A stretch of DNA of 64,000 nucleotides. Source: Deltaproteobacteria bacterium (GTDB lineage: Bacteria > Desulfobacterota_D > UBA1144 > Nemesobacterales > CSP1-2). The notes beneath the pieces were generated by a model. It ran no database searches. It saw only the letters and a list, made by a program, of their open reading frames with translations, and was not told the origin of the DNA. Positions 19,774 to 30,560 of the stretch are shown piece after piece (position 1 is the first letter of the stretch; the number at the start of each line of letters is the position of its first letter). Location: NCBI GenBank assembly GCA_052390235.1, contig JBQTHB010000002.1, positions 160,001 to 224,000 on the forward strand. Direction: 5' to 3'. Position numbers and translations under genes: made by a program.

Positions 19774-20247
19774 ATGGAAATGGATTCCGTTGACCATAAA
19801 GTGCTGGACGCCGTCGCCAAGGTTCTTGACCCCCTTTTGATGGGAGAGGGCTTTGAGCTTGTGCATATCGAGTACAGGGGCGAGGGACGGGGCAAGGTGC
19901 TTAGAATCTTCATGGACAAAGCGGGCGGAATCACAATAGACGACTGCGCGAAAATAAGCCGCGAGCTTAGCTCCCTGCTGGACGTTCACGATGTTGTCCC
20001 CGGTGCTTACACGCTGGAAGTTTCATCGGCGGGGCTAGACAGGCCGCTGTCCAAACCGAGGGATTTCGAGAGATTCGCTGGGAAAAAGGTCAAAATTAAG
20101 ACTAGGAACCAGATAGGGGCGAGAAAGGTTTTCACTGGAAGGCTAATCGGTTTCATAGACAATACGGTAACCGTAGAGGTGGATAAAGTGAATTATTCAA
20201 TTCCCTACGGCGAGATTGAAAAAGCCAATCTGGAGTTGGATTTTTAG
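19774..20247 (+). CDS. rimP: Ribosome maturation factor RimP
   Basis: GITIDDCAKISR, YTLEVSSAGLDRPL; precedes nusA; start reassigned to ATG 19774. Confidence 0.95.
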   Translation: MEMDSVDHKVLDAVAKVLDPLLMGEGFELVHIEYRGEGRGKVLRIFMDKAGGITIDDCAKISRELSSLLDVHDVVPGAYTLEVSSAGLDRPLSKPRDFERFAGKKVKIKTRNQIGARKVFTGRLIGFIDNTVTVEVDKVNYSIPYGEIEKANLELDF

Positions 20248-20256
20248 TTAGGAGGG

Positions 20257-21561
20257 ATGAAAATGGGCAATTCCGAACTGAGCCGAGTGATTGATTCCGT
20301 AACGAAGGACAAGGGAATAGATAAAAACACGATTGTAACGGCGATTGAAGACGCAGTTCTATCGGCGGGGCAGAAGCTCTTTCGCATGGACAATAAGAAT
20401 AAAGAGCTTGAGGTTCACTACAACGAGGACGAGGGCGAGATAGAGCTATTCGAGTTCAAAGTCGTGGTGGATGACATCGCCGACCCGGATATAGAAATCA
20501 GCCTTGATGACGCCGCCGCTCTCGACCCGGACGCCGAGGTAGGGGACACCATCGGGGTCAAAATCAGCCCCGATTTCACCAGAATCGCCATCCAAAATGC
20601 CAAACAGAAGATACTTCAAAAGCTCAAAGAAGCTGAGGGCAAGCTGATTTCCGAGGAGTTTAAGACTAGAAAAGGCGAGCTTGTAAGCGGCATAGTCAGG
20701 CGAATGGAGAGAAAAATCATCATCGTTGACATTGGCAAGACCGAAGCCGTTCTGCCGCCGGAACACCAGCTTCCGCAGGAGTATTATAAGCCTAAAGACA
20801 GGATTAGGGCGATACTCGTTGATATTAAAGAGACCAAACGCGGCCCTCAGCTCATTCTCTCCCGCGCGCACTCCGATTTTGTGCGCAGGCTATTTGAATC
20901 CGAGGTCCCTGAAATCTCCGATGGGCTCGTGCGCGTTAAGGCTATCTCCAGAGACCCGGGAAGTCGCACGAAAATCGCAGTATCCTCCTCGGACTCCGAC
21001 GTTGACCCAGTGGGGGCTTGCGTGGGAATGAGAGGCTCTAGGGTGCAGAACATCATTCAGGAACTCAAAGGAGAGAAAATTGACATTGTCCCATGGTCTG
21101 CTGACGCCGCGAGGTTTGTCTGCAATTCTCTGTCTCCGGCAAGGGTTAACAAGGTCATAATTGACGACGACGGCAGGGCTATGGAAGTGATAGTGGAAGA
21201 CGACCAGCTTTCGCTCGCCATAGGCAGAAGGGGGCAAAATGTGAGACTCGCCTCAAAGCTCACAGAATGGAAAATCGACATCAAGACCGAATCCCAGGTC
21301 AAGCGCGAACAGCACGAAGTCGTCCAGCTCCTCATGACCCTCCCCAGCATCGGCGAGGTTACGGCAAACGTCCTATACGGCGAGGGGTTTCATTCCCTCG
21401 AAGATGTGGCATTTGCCGACCCCGACGGTTTAGCCCGAAGCGCCGCCCTCAGAAAAGAGGACGTCAGTAAGATTCAGACTGCGGCGAGGATTTCCCTTAA
21501 AGATAAATTAGACAAAATGTCGCATTCCGAAACTCCGTCGCCTCAGACGGAGGGGGAGTAA
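20257..21561 (+). CDS. nusA: Transcription termination/antitermination factor NusA
   Basis: S1/KH motifs, RDPGSRTKIAV, DPVGACVGMRGSRV, LSLAIGRRGQNVRLA. Confidence 0.98.
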   Translation: MKMGNSELSRVIDSVTKDKGIDKNTIVTAIEDAVLSAGQKLFRMDNKNKELEVHYNEDEGEIELFEFKVVVDDIADPDIEISLDDAAALDPDAEVGDTIGVKISPDFTRIAIQNAKQKILQKLKEAEGKLISEEFKTRKGELVSGIVRRMERKIIIVDIGKTEAVLPPEHQLPQEYYKPKDRIRAILVDIKETKRGPQLILSRAHSDFVRRLFESEVPEISDGLVRVKAISRDPGSRTKIAVSSSDSDVDPVGACVGMRGSRVQNIIQELKGEKIDIVPWSADAARFVCNSLSPARVNKVIIDDDGRAMEVIVEDDQLSLAIGRRGQNVRLASKLTEWKIDIKTESQVKREQHEVVQLLMTLPSIGEVTANVLYGEGFHSLEDVAFADPDGLARSAALRKEDVSKIQTAARISLKDKLDKMSHSETPSPQTEGE

Positions 21562-21730
21562 TTAACTTCAGAGATATATTCAATCTCCGTATTCTCATCA
21601 CGCGATTTGTCCGCGCGAGGGGCTTTTTTGCCTCTTTGCATAATAAATGAGATTGAGGTAACATAAACCAACTGGGGGAATATTCGCCAGAAGCCATATC
21701 GTTTTATTTGAGGTTCTATAAACAATAAAA

Positions 21731-24340
21731 ATGTCAAATAACATAAGAGTCCACGAACTCTCAAGAGAGCTAGGAGTGCAAAATAAAGATGTTATGGACG
21801 CCGCGCAGCATCTGGGCATCTCCCTGCGCAGCCACACTAGCGCGATGTCTGACGAGGAGGTGAAGAGGATAAAGGACAAGCTGCGCAAATCGCCGAATCA
21901 CAAGCACCTGGCGGCGAGCGAAGCCAAAGAGAATAGAGAGGAAATCAAGGTATTCCGCTCGGAAAGCGGCGAAGAGGTAACTGAGCGCAGAAAAGGCGGC
22001 AGCGTCGTCATCAGGAGGAAAAAAAAGGTCGAAGAGTCCGAGCCTGAAGCCCTCGCTCCTCAAGAAATTGATGAACCTGCGGCTCAACTGCTCGAACCTC
22101 AGGCGCTTACTCAAATAACCGAATCCGCCCCTGAAACAGCGGCTAAGGAGGTCCCCTCGGCGCAGACCTCGCAAAACGACCAGCCTGCTCCGGTAGCCGA
22201 AGAGTCCAGAGCGAAGCCCGCAGAGCCCAAAACGCCCGATAAAACCCCGGCTCCCGTAAAAGATGAAGTGAAACAAAAGGCCATTGACGCGGCTGAAGAG
22301 GCTAAAAAAGCCAAGAAAAAAGGATACAAAGTTAAACCCGCAAGAGAGGAAATCATAGACGAAGACACGCTCGAAGAACTGCGCCGCGCTTTTAGAACGA
22401 AACTGCCGGCTAGAAAGAAAGAATATCTCGTTGACGACAAGAGAAAAAAACCTGCGGATTCCGCCGCTCCATACAGAAAACCATCGGATGAGCCTTACAG
22501 AGACTCCTCATACCGCGGCAGTTCCGTCTCAGCCGAACCCGAAAGACAGAACGGTCAGGTAATTCCATTCCCTGCTAAGCCTCAGAGAAAATCCATTAAA
22601 ATCGGAGAAGCTGTCTCCGTGGGCGAGCTTGCCCATAAAATGGGCGTCAAAGCGGCAGAAGTGATTAAAAAACTCATGTCCCTCGGAGTGATGGCTACGA
22701 TAAATCAGTCCATAGACACCGAGACCGCCATGATAATTGCCCAGGAGTGGGATTTTGATGTTACCGCTGATGTGTTTGAAGAAAGCGAGCTTCTCCACGA
22801 GGTCTCATCCGCCGATGCAGGCGAGTTCCTCCTGCCCAGGTACCCGGTCGTAACCGTCATGGGGCACGTTGACCACGGCAAAACGAGCCTTCTGGACTCT
22901 ATACGACACACGAATGTGGTCGAGAGAGAGGCGGGGGGCATCACCCAGCACATCGGGGCTTACAGTGTGCCGATAAACGACAGAAAAGTCGTTTTTATTG
23001 ATACGCCGGGACACGAGGCGTTTACGGCGATGAGGGCGAGAGGGGCGAAGGTTACGGACGTTGTCGTGCTGGTCGTAGCCGCCGACGATGGGGTGATGCC
23101 GCAGACGATTGAAGCCCTAAACCACGCCAAAGCCGCCGGCGTGCCGGTAATTGTAGCGGTGAATAAAATTGACAAGCCCGAGGCAAATCCCGAAAGAGTG
23201 AAGAGACAGCTCTCCGAAATCGGGCTGATTTCCGAGGAATGGGGAGGAGACACTCTATTTGCCGAGGTCTCGGCTAAGAAGAAAACCGGCATCAAGGAAC
23301 TGCTTGAACTCATACTCCTTCAAGCCGATATTCTCGAACTCAAGGCAAATCCCGTCAAAAGGGCAAACGGCGTCATCATCGAGGCGCAGCTCGACAAGGG
23401 CAGGGGCCCTGTGGCTACTGTCGTCGTATCGGAGGGAACCCTCGGTATTGGGGATTATTTAGTCGCCGGAACAACTTACGGAAAGGTGAGGGCGCTCATT
23501 GACGATAAAGGCGCGCGGATGCGCAGCGCAGGTCCATCCGAGCCTGCTCAGATAATGGGACTCTCAGGCGTTCCCGGAGCGGGCGATCATTTCTATGTTG
23601 TAAAGGACGAGAAAACCGCCAAAGAGGTCGTAAGCCACAGAGAAGCCAAAGAGAGGCAGAAATTTGCCGCCAACGAGCGCAAGATTTCCCTTGAGGGCTT
23701 CTTCGATTCTCTCAAAAAAGGAGAGGTCAAGGAACTGCGCCTAATTATCAAAGCCGATGTCCAAGGCTCGCTTGAGGCGCTGAGAGAGGCAATATCGAAG
23801 CTCATAAGCGATAAATGCCGCACTAAAATCGTTCATGCGGGAGTCGGAGCGGTCAACGAAACTGACATCGTCCTTGCGGCTGCCTCAAACGCCGTCGTCG
23901 TTGGGTTTAATGTGCGCCCCGATGCAAACGCGCTCGAATTTGCCGAGAAAGAAAACGTATCTCTCGAACTCCACACGATAATCTATGAAGTGGTGGACAG
24001 AATCAAAAAAGCCATGGAGGGGTTGCTTGAGCCGGTGATAAAGGAAAAAGTCCTCGGACATGCCGAGGTGAGGGCGACTTTCCGCATCTCAAAAGCCGGC
24101 GTCATAGCGGGGTGCTTCGTTAAGGATGGGAAAATACAGCGTAGCAACAGCATCCGCGTCGTGAGGGATGGGGTTACCACCTTTGAAGGCAAACTCGACT
24201 CTCTTAAGCGGTTTAAGGACGACGCAAGGGAGGTTCAGTCGGGCTATGAGTGCGGCGTGGCGATTCAGAATTTCGACGACCTAAAAGTAGGAGACGTGCT
24301 TGAATTCTATACTTTTGAAGAAATCAGGCAGGAGCTTTAA
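21731..24340 (+). CDS. infB: Translation initiation factor IF-2
   Basis: [45 protein letters not shown]. Confidence 0.98.
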   Translation: MSNNIRVHELSRELGVQNKDVMDAAQHLGISLRSHTSAMSDEEVKRIKDKLRKSPNHKHLAASEAKENREEIKVFRSESGEEVTERRKGGSVVIRRKKKVEESEPEALAPQEIDEPAAQLLEPQALTQITESAPETAAKEVPSAQTSQNDQPAPVAEESRAKPAEPKTPDKTPAPVKDEVKQKAIDAAEEAKKAKKKGYKVKPAREEIIDEDTLEELRRAFRTKLPARKKEYLVDDKRKKPADSAAPYRKPSDEPYRDSSYRGSSVSAEPERQNGQVIPFPAKPQRKSIKIGEAVSVGELAHKMGVKAAEVIKKLMSLGVMATINQSIDTETAMIIAQEWDFDVTADVFEESELLHEVSSADAGEFLLPRYPVVTVMGHVDHGKTSLLDSIRHTNVVEREAGGITQHIGAYSVPINDRKVVFIDTPGHEAFTAMRARGAKVTDVVVLVVAADDGVMPQTIEALNHAKAAGVPVIVAVNKIDKPEANPERVKRQLSEIGLISEEWGGDTLFAEVSAKKKTGIKELLELILLQADILELKANPVKRANGVIIEAQLDKGRGPVATVVVSEGTLGIGDYLVAGTTYGKVRALIDDKGARMRSAGPSEPAQIMGLSGVPGAGDHFYVVKDEKTAKEVVSHREAKERQKFAANERKISLEGFFDSLKKGEVKELRLIIKADVQGSLEALREAISKLISDKCRTKIVHAGVGAVNETDIVLAAASNAVVVGFNVRPDANALEFAEKENVSLELHTIIYEVVDRIKKAMEGLLEPVIKEKVLGHAEVRATFRISKAGVIAGCFVKDGKIQRSNSIRVVRDGVTTFEGKLDSLKRFKDDAREVQSGYECGVAIQNFDDLKVGDVLEFYTFEEIRQEL

Positions 24341-24385
24341 TCCATAATCCGCTTCATCCATAAACCCGCTTAACTAAATTACCGG

Positions 24386-24682
24386 ATGGTCGTAGGGCTG
24401 CTCAAAATAGAAATCTTCATGGACGGCAATATGTCGCTCAAGGAAAAAAGGCGCATAGTAAAGGGCCTTATCCATAGGGTCAGGTCTAAATTCGACAACG
24501 TATCTGCCTCCGAGGTGGGGTTTCATGACCTCTGGCAGAGGTCGGCTATTGGAATCTCATTCGTGAGCAACGACAAGCCGATAGTAAACTCCATGCTCGA
24601 TAGGATTACGGATTTTATAGCTTCTACCGGACTCGTACAGATAGTTGGACGAGACATCGAGATACTTCACTTTAAGCAATGA
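24386..24682 (+). CDS. DUF503 (YlxP-like) protein
   Basis: SLKEKR..V..L..R...KF.NVS.SEV...DLWQR; canonical position between infB and rbfA. Confidence 0.88.
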   Translation: MVVGLLKIEIFMDGNMSLKEKRRIVKGLIHRVRSKFDNVSASEVGFHDLWQRSAIGISFVSNDKPIVNSMLDRITDFIASTGLVQIVGRDIEILHFKQ

Positions 24683-24692
24683 TGAGGCATAT

Positions 24693-25046
24693 TTGGGCAT
24701 CGGTTTCAAGCGCACGGACAGGGTAGGGGATTTAATTCTAAAAGAAGTTTCCGAGATGATAATACAAGGCGAGATACGAGACCCGCGCGTGAGTTCTGTC
24801 GCGCTCACAGGGGTCAAAATGACGGACGACCTCAGCCTAGCCCGCCTGTATTTTACCGTTATAACCGGAGATTTAGAAAAACGCGAGGCCCTTGCCGGGC
24901 TTGAGAGAGCCTCAGGCTATATTAAAAGGGAGCTAGGAAAACGGCTTCGGATGAGGCGCATTCCCGAATTGAGATTTGAATTCGACTCCACCCTTGAGGA
25001 AGGCTACCGGATAGACGACATTCTAAGAGAGGTCAAAAGTGAGTGA
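24693..25046 (+). CDS. rbfA: Ribosome-binding factor A
   Basis: RTDRVGDLI, IRDPRV, MRRIPELRFEFD; TTG start at 24693 after GAGG (start uncertain). Confidence 0.93.
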   Translation: MGIGFKRTDRVGDLILKEVSEMIIQGEIRDPRVSSVALTGVKMTDDLSLARLYFTVITGDLEKREALAGLERASGYIKRELGKRLRMRRIPELRFEFDSTLEEGYRIDDILREVKSE

Positions 25047-26031
25047 TAGTCAGCAGATAATAGCCCTTATCGGGCGGGGAGGGCGGTTTTGTATCGCCTC
25101 TCATGAAAACCCCGACGGAGACGCCATAGGCTCGACCCTCGCCTTAGGACTCGCGCTCAGACAACTCGGCAAAGAGGTATTGCTCTACAACAGAGACTCC
25201 GTGCCGGATTATTTGCGATTTCTTGCGCAGTCCTCTGAAATTACCAACTCCCTCGCCGGCGCGCCCTTCGATGCCACTTTTATCGTGGATTGCCCTCACG
25301 CGGGCAGAGTCGGCGTGGAATTTGAGAGGTTCGTAAAATCTGGAGTCGGCGGCGCAACCGTGATAATTGACCATCACGAGAGTAGCAGACCCGCGTCCGA
25401 TTTCCGTATTCTCGATACTGCCGCATCCTCGACTGGGATGCTCATCTACTCCCTCATCAAGACCCTCGGCACCCAAATAACCCCCGACATCGCCGCAAGC
25501 CTCTACACTACTATCTCCGGGGACACCGGCTCGTTTAAATATTCAAACACCTACGCCGAGACCTTCCGCGCCGCCGCCGAACTCGTCGAAGCCGGCGCAG
25601 ACCCTTCGCAAATCTCCGAAGCCGTCTATGAAAATGAACCCCTCTCCCGCCTGAAATTACTGGGACTCGTTCTGCCAACGCTTGAAATCTCATGCGGCGG
25701 GCGCGTGAGTTCAATTGTAATAACTCAGGGGATGTTCCGCGAAACAGGCGCGACAAGGGAGGACACCGAGGGGTTTGTGAATTTCCCAAGGTCAATCCGA
25801 GGGGTTGAGGTTGCCGCGCTGTTCAGGGAGGAAGAGCCTGGGGAAAATGGGGACAGATGGAAAATCAGCCTCAGGGCTAAGGGGGCGCTCAACGTCGCCG
25901 GCATTGCCGAGACCTTCGGCGGAGGGGGGCATAAAAACGCCGCTGGATGCACGATTTCCGGTGGTCTTGCCCATGTGAAATCCGCTGTTTTAAGAGCCGT
26001 CGAGGAGGGGATTTCCAAGGAAGTCGCCTGA
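25039..26031 (+). CDS. nrnA: DHH/DHHA1 oligoribonuclease/pAp phosphatase
   Basis: HENPDGDAIGS, IDHH, DTGSF, GGGGHKNAAG. Confidence 0.88.
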   Translation: MSDSQQIIALIGRGGRFCIASHENPDGDAIGSTLALGLALRQLGKEVLLYNRDSVPDYLRFLAQSSEITNSLAGAPFDATFIVDCPHAGRVGVEFERFVKSGVGGATVIIDHHESSRPASDFRILDTAASSTGMLIYSLIKTLGTQITPDIAASLYTTISGDTGSFKYSNTYAETFRAAAELVEAGADPSQISEAVYENEPLSRLKLLGLVLPTLEISCGGRVSSIVITQGMFRETGATREDTEGFVNFPRSIRGVEVAALFREEEPGENGDRWKISLRAKGALNVAGIAETFGGGGHKNAAGCTISGGLAHVKSAVLRAVEEGISKEVA

Positions 26032-26035
26032 GAGT

Positions 26036-26947
26036 ATGGACGGAGTGCTGATACTAGACAAGCCCAAGGGGATTACCTCGCAGAGGGCGCTTGCCGTTGT
26101 AAAAAGGGTTCTTAAAACAAAGAAAGCCGGCTACACCGGCACCCTTGACCCATTCGCTACGGGAACGCTTCCCATGTGTCTTGGAGAGGCGACAAAAATA
26201 ATCCCCTTTATGGACGAGGAGTTTAAGAGCTACGAGGCGCATCTCCTTCTGGGCGTTCGCACCGATACTCTAGACATTACGGGAAAAGTTCTCTCGAGCG
26301 CCGAAGCGGGGGGCGTGAGCGAAGATGCCTTGCTCGGGGCGTTCTGTAAATTCACCGGCGATATTTGGCAGATTCCCCCGATGTTCTCGGCGCTCAAAGT
26401 AGGGGGCGAGAGGCTCTACGCTATGGCGAGGCGCGGGGAGGAGATAGAGCGCAAGCCGCGCCCGGTTACAATCGCAGAGCTTCGACTACTCGAATTCAGC
26501 CCTCCAACGGTGAAATTCTCCGTAACTTGCTCGCGTGGGACTTATGTGAGGTCTCTGGGGGCGGATATTGGCGATGAGCTTGGGTGCGGGGGGTGCCTGG
26601 CAGAGCTGCGCAGAACCCGAAGCGGGGCGTATTCGCTCGAGCAGGCGGTTTCCATTGAAAATGTGGAAAACGGCGGGGCGCGTCTGATGTCAATTTCGGA
26701 GGCTCTAGCAAACCTCCGGCAGGTAACGCTTGCTCGCGGCGCGGAGGCTGAGGTGAGATTGGGCAAGCAGATTATTAAATCCTATCTTGCCGCAGATAGT
26801 CCAGCGCAGTTCCTCTCTGGAGAGAGGCTCAGGGTTTGCGATGGGGGCGGGGCGTTGATTGCAGTTGCCGAGGCGACTTTGGGGTCATCGGAAGCCCTGG
26901 CTGGGAGCGAAGAGGCGTTGCTGAAACTGCTTCGAGTGTTTTATTAA
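26036..26947 (+). CDS. truB: tRNA pseudouridine(55) synthase
   Basis: LDKPKG, GTLDPFATG, TDTLD, PPMFSALK, CSRGTYVRSL, LRRTRSG. Confidence 0.96.
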   Translation: MDGVLILDKPKGITSQRALAVVKRVLKTKKAGYTGTLDPFATGTLPMCLGEATKIIPFMDEEFKSYEAHLLLGVRTDTLDITGKVLSSAEAGGVSEDALLGAFCKFTGDIWQIPPMFSALKVGGERLYAMARRGEEIERKPRPVTIAELRLLEFSPPTVKFSVTCSRGTYVRSLGADIGDELGCGGCLAELRRTRSGAYSLEQAVSIENVENGGARLMSISEALANLRQVTLARGAEAEVRLGKQIIKSYLAADSPAQFLSGERLRVCDGGGALIAVAEATLGSSEALAGSEEALLKLLRVFY

Positions 26948-27049
26948 AACTGATGCGATATTGGATTGGTGAAAAAATATTGCCCATTTGAGTTGCTAAA
27001 ACAAATTATAAGTTCATAATAAACCAGATATACAAGGAGGATTAGATTT

Positions 27050-27319
27050 ATGCCGCTTGAAAAAGAAGAAAAATCGCAAATTATTGCCGACCACAGAATT
27101 CACGACAATGACGTCGGCTCGCCTCAGGTGCAAATAGCCGTACTCACTCACCGCATCGAGGAACTATCGAAGCACATTCGCACCTCGCCCAACGACTTAA
27201 GCTCCAAAAGAGGGCTACTCGCGCTCATTTCCAAACGCAGAACGCTTCTGGGCTACTTCAGAGGCGAAGAGCCAGAGAAATATGCCGATTTGCTTAAGAA
27301 GCTCGGACTCAGAAAGTAA
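27050..27319 (+). CDS. rpsO: 30S ribosomal protein S15
   Basis: 89 aa; DVGSPQVQIAVLT, RGLL, LGLRK; lies before pnp. Confidence 0.95.
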   Translation: MPLEKEEKSQIIADHRIHDNDVGSPQVQIAVLTHRIEELSKHIRTSPNDLSSKRGLLALISKRRTLLGYFRGEEPEKYADLLKKLGLRK

Positions 27320-27343
27320 CAAATTTCTAGGAGGTATTACGTA

Positions 27344-29455
27344 TTGACTAATGGACAAAAGACAGTAAGCGCCAATCTGTTCGGGCGCGACTTCGAGCTT
27401 GAATCGGGCAGACTGGCAAAACAGGCAAGCGGCGCCGCCCTCGCCCGCATTGGAGGCACTGTGGTGCTTGCCACGGTTGTGGCGGAACGGGAAAAAGCGC
27501 CGGGAGAGGATTTCCTCCCGCTTACGGTGAATTATCAGGAAAAGGCTTATGCCGCAGGGCGAATCCCCGGCGGTTATTTTAAGAGAGAGGGCAGGCCTAC
27601 CGAGAAGGAAATCTTAACCTCAAGGCTCATTGACCGCCCCATTAGACCGCTCTTTCCGAAGGACTTTACCTATTCCACGCAAGTTCTCGTTACGGTGCTG
27701 TCTGCCGATCAGGACAACGACCCCGACGTGCTTGCGGTAACCGCCGCCTCAGCCGCCCTCATGGCCTCAGATATTCCCTTCGATGGGCCCGCAAGCGCAG
27801 TCCGGGTGGGTCGCATAAACGGGCAGTTCGTCTGCAATCCCACGAAAACGGATATTGAGTCGAGCGATATGGATTTAATAGTCGCCGGCACTAGGGACGC
27901 AATTGTAATGGTCGAGGGAGAACTCAGCGAAGTCCGCGAGGATGCAGTGGTCGAAGCGCTTTTGTTCGGGCATGAGTGCATTCAGGAGTTTATTAAACAG
28001 CAAGAGTCGCTCATTGACGGACTGGCAATTGTAAAAAGGGAGCTTGTCCCTCCGGCTGAGAATCCCCAGCTTTGGGAGGCGCTCGTCTTGGCGGCTAAAT
28101 TCCCGCTTCAGGATGCAATGAGAATCTCGTCGAAAACGGATAGGAGGGAGTCCATTGCCGCGGTGTCTGCCAAAGTCTCGCAGTCTCTAATTTCTGCTTT
28201 CCCGGAATCTGAGGAGGAGATTGCAAAGCTGTTTGATAAGCTCAAAAAACAGGTGATGCGCGGTATTGTCGTGAACGAGAAGAGGAGAATTGACGGCAGG
28301 GGCTACGGCGATATTCGCCATATCAGCGGCGAAGTAGGGCTTCTGCCCCGCACCCACGGCTCGGCTCTTTTTACGAGGGGCGAGACTCAGGTGATAGCCG
28401 TCTCCACGCTTGGGACGAATCACGACGAGCAGAGAATTGACTCCCTTGGAGGAGAGATTACAAAGAGATTCATGCTACACTACAATTTCCCTCCTTTCTC
28501 AGTCGGCGAAGTGGGAAACCGCCTCGGACCCGGCAGGAGAGAGATTGGTCATGGACACCTCGCCGAGCGCGCCATCGCTCCGGTGCTTCCGTCCAAGGAT
28601 ATATTCCCCTACACGATACGCATAGTGTCAGACGTGCTGGAATCCAATGGCTCATCTTCAATGGCGACCGTCTGCGGCGGGAGTCTGTCCCTTATGGATG
28701 CTGGAGTCCCTATCAGCGCGCCAGTGGGGGGAGTCGCCATGGGGCTAATAAAAGAAGGCGATAAGTTCGTGATACTGTCCGATATTTTGGGCGATGAAGA
28801 CCAGCTTGGCGATATGGATTTCAAGGTCGCAGGCACGGCAAAGGGAGTAACCGCCCTTCAGATGGATATTAAGGTCAAAGGGGTAAACCGCGAGATTCTC
28901 GCCGAAGCCCTCGCCAACGCCCATGAGGCGAGGCTCTATGTGCTTGAGAAAATGAGCGAGATACTGCCGGAATCAAGGGCGGAACTCTCCCCTCACGCCC
29001 CCGGAATCCTCACCTTGCAGATAAGGCAGGAGAAGATTAAAGACGTTATAGGGCCTGGCGGAAGGGTCATCAAAAAAATCATAGAGGAAACGAAGGTTCA
29101 GATTGATATTGACGAAACCGGAAGGGTTAATATCGCATCGCCCGATAAAGAGGCGTGTGAACTTGCGGCGCGGATGATAAAAGAAATCGTCCAAGAGGTC
29201 GAGGTCGGCAAGATTTACCTAGGCAGAGTGAAGAGGATTCTCGATTTCGGCGCAATAGTGGAGCTTTTCCAAGGGGCGGACGGGCTTGTGCATATATCAG
29301 AGCTTGCCCCTACGCGGGTCAGGCAGGTTACTGATATTCTCCGCGAGGGGGACGAAGTGCTGGTAAAATGCCTCGGCGTCGAGCGGGACGGAAAAGTGAG
29401 GCTCAGCAGAAAAGAAGCCCTAAACGAAAATATTGAAGACTACAGACGAAACTAA
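27344..29455 (+). CDS. pnp: Polyribonucleotide nucleotidyltransferase
   Basis: GRLAKQA, RLIDRPIRP, FTRGETQ, ESNGSSSMA, GDMDFKVAG, KH and S1 domains. Confidence 0.98.
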   Translation: MTNGQKTVSANLFGRDFELESGRLAKQASGAALARIGGTVVLATVVAEREKAPGEDFLPLTVNYQEKAYAAGRIPGGYFKREGRPTEKEILTSRLIDRPIRPLFPKDFTYSTQVLVTVLSADQDNDPDVLAVTAASAALMASDIPFDGPASAVRVGRINGQFVCNPTKTDIESSDMDLIVAGTRDAIVMVEGELSEVREDAVVEALLFGHECIQEFIKQQESLIDGLAIVKRELVPPAENPQLWEALVLAAKFPLQDAMRISSKTDRRESIAAVSAKVSQSLISAFPESEEEIAKLFDKLKKQVMRGIVVNEKRRIDGRGYGDIRHISGEVGLLPRTHGSALFTRGETQVIAVSTLGTNHDEQRIDSLGGEITKRFMLHYNFPPFSVGEVGNRLGPGRREIGHGHLAERAIAPVLPSKDIFPYTIRIVSDVLESNGSSSMATVCGGSLSLMDAGVPISAPVGGVAMGLIKEGDKFVILSDILGDEDQLGDMDFKVAGTAKGVTALQMDIKVKGVNREILAEALANAHEARLYVLEKMSEILPESRAELSPHAPGILTLQIRQEKIKDVIGPGGRVIKKIIEETKVQIDIDETGRVNIASPDKEACELAARMIKEIVQEVEVGKIYLGRVKRILDFGAIVELFQGADGLVHISELAPTRVRQVTDILREGDEVLVKCLGVERDGKVRLSRKEALNENIEDYRRN

Positions 29456-29534
29456 ACATCAGCAGTGGGGGGCGGCTATCGAAATGCCGCTTCCCTAGCT
29501 TCCCCATTAAGACCCCGCACACCCAATCTCGGCG

Positions 29535-30461
29535 ATGAAGAAGCCAAAACTGCTCGTTATCGCAGGCCCTACGGCGTCTGGAAAAAGCGCGCTCGCTATG
29601 GAACTGGCAGGGCGCATCCCCCAGGCTCAAATCCTCTGCGCGGACTCCCTTCAGGTCTATCGTTATTTCGACATTGGCACGGCGAAGCCTACCGCTGAGG
29701 AGCGCTCTCGCGTCCCGCATCATCTGATAGATATAATTAACCCAGACGAGGATTTCAACGCTGGCAGGTACAGTGCTCTCGCCCGCAGAACGGTTGACGC
29801 GCTGGGCTCGCAGGGAGCGAAAATTATCGTCTCGGGTGGTACTTATCTCTATGTGCGCGCCCTGATTTCGGGGATTATCGCGGGAATCCCCTCGGATGCC
29901 GCCGTGCGCGAGGCTCTGAGGAGTGAGAAATCCACCTATGGAGGGGATTATTTATACCGCAGGCTCGTCTCAATTGACCCCGATGCCGCCTCCAGAATTC
30001 ATCCAAATGACTACGTGCGAATCGAGCGCGCCCTTGAGGTGCATATCATTACAGGGAATCGAATTTCGCAGCTTCAGGCATCGCACGGCTTCGGCGACCG
30101 GGATTTTGAATCGCTCAAAATCGGGATATTTCACGAACGCGAGCGGCGCAGAGAGATAATTGACCGGCGTGTGGAGTGGATGATGCAGTCGGGATTTCTC
30201 GCCGAAGTCGAAGGGCTGAGGGCTAGGGGATTTGCCACAGAGTTAAAACCAATGCAGTCTATCGGCTATAGACAGCTCAATCGCTACATTGACGGCGAAA
30301 TTACACTTGAGGGGGCGGTTGAGGGGATAAAAGTCGAGACCAAGCGTTTCGCCAAGCGGCAGACGACGTGGCTGAGGGCGGAGGGAGACATCAAGTGGCG
30401 TCGAGCGCCGGAGGATTTACCGCTGATATTCGACGAGGCGCGCGCGTTTTTCGATGGATGA
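29535..30461 (+). CDS. miaA: tRNA dimethylallyltransferase
   Basis: GPTASGKS, ADSLQVY, DIGTAKP, PHHLID, RALEV, FAKRQTTW. Confidence 0.96.
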   Translation: MKKPKLLVIAGPTASGKSALAMELAGRIPQAQILCADSLQVYRYFDIGTAKPTAEERSRVPHHLIDIINPDEDFNAGRYSALARRTVDALGSQGAKIIVSGGTYLYVRALISGIIAGIPSDAAVREALRSEKSTYGGDYLYRRLVSIDPDAASRIHPNDYVRIERALEVHIITGNRISQLQASHGFGDRDFESLKIGIFHERERRREIIDRRVEWMMQSGFLAEVEGLRARGFATELKPMQSIGYRQLNRYIDGEITLEGAVEGIKVETKRFAKRQTTWLRAEGDIKWRRAPEDLPLIFDEARAFFDG

Positions 30462-30560
30462 ACTAATTTTGGGGCTGGAGCTAAAGACCGGCTACTAAAC
30501 AATTCCCCTCTGTCCGTGTTCTGGCGATGAGAGCGATTGAATAATATCGGAGGTTAAATC

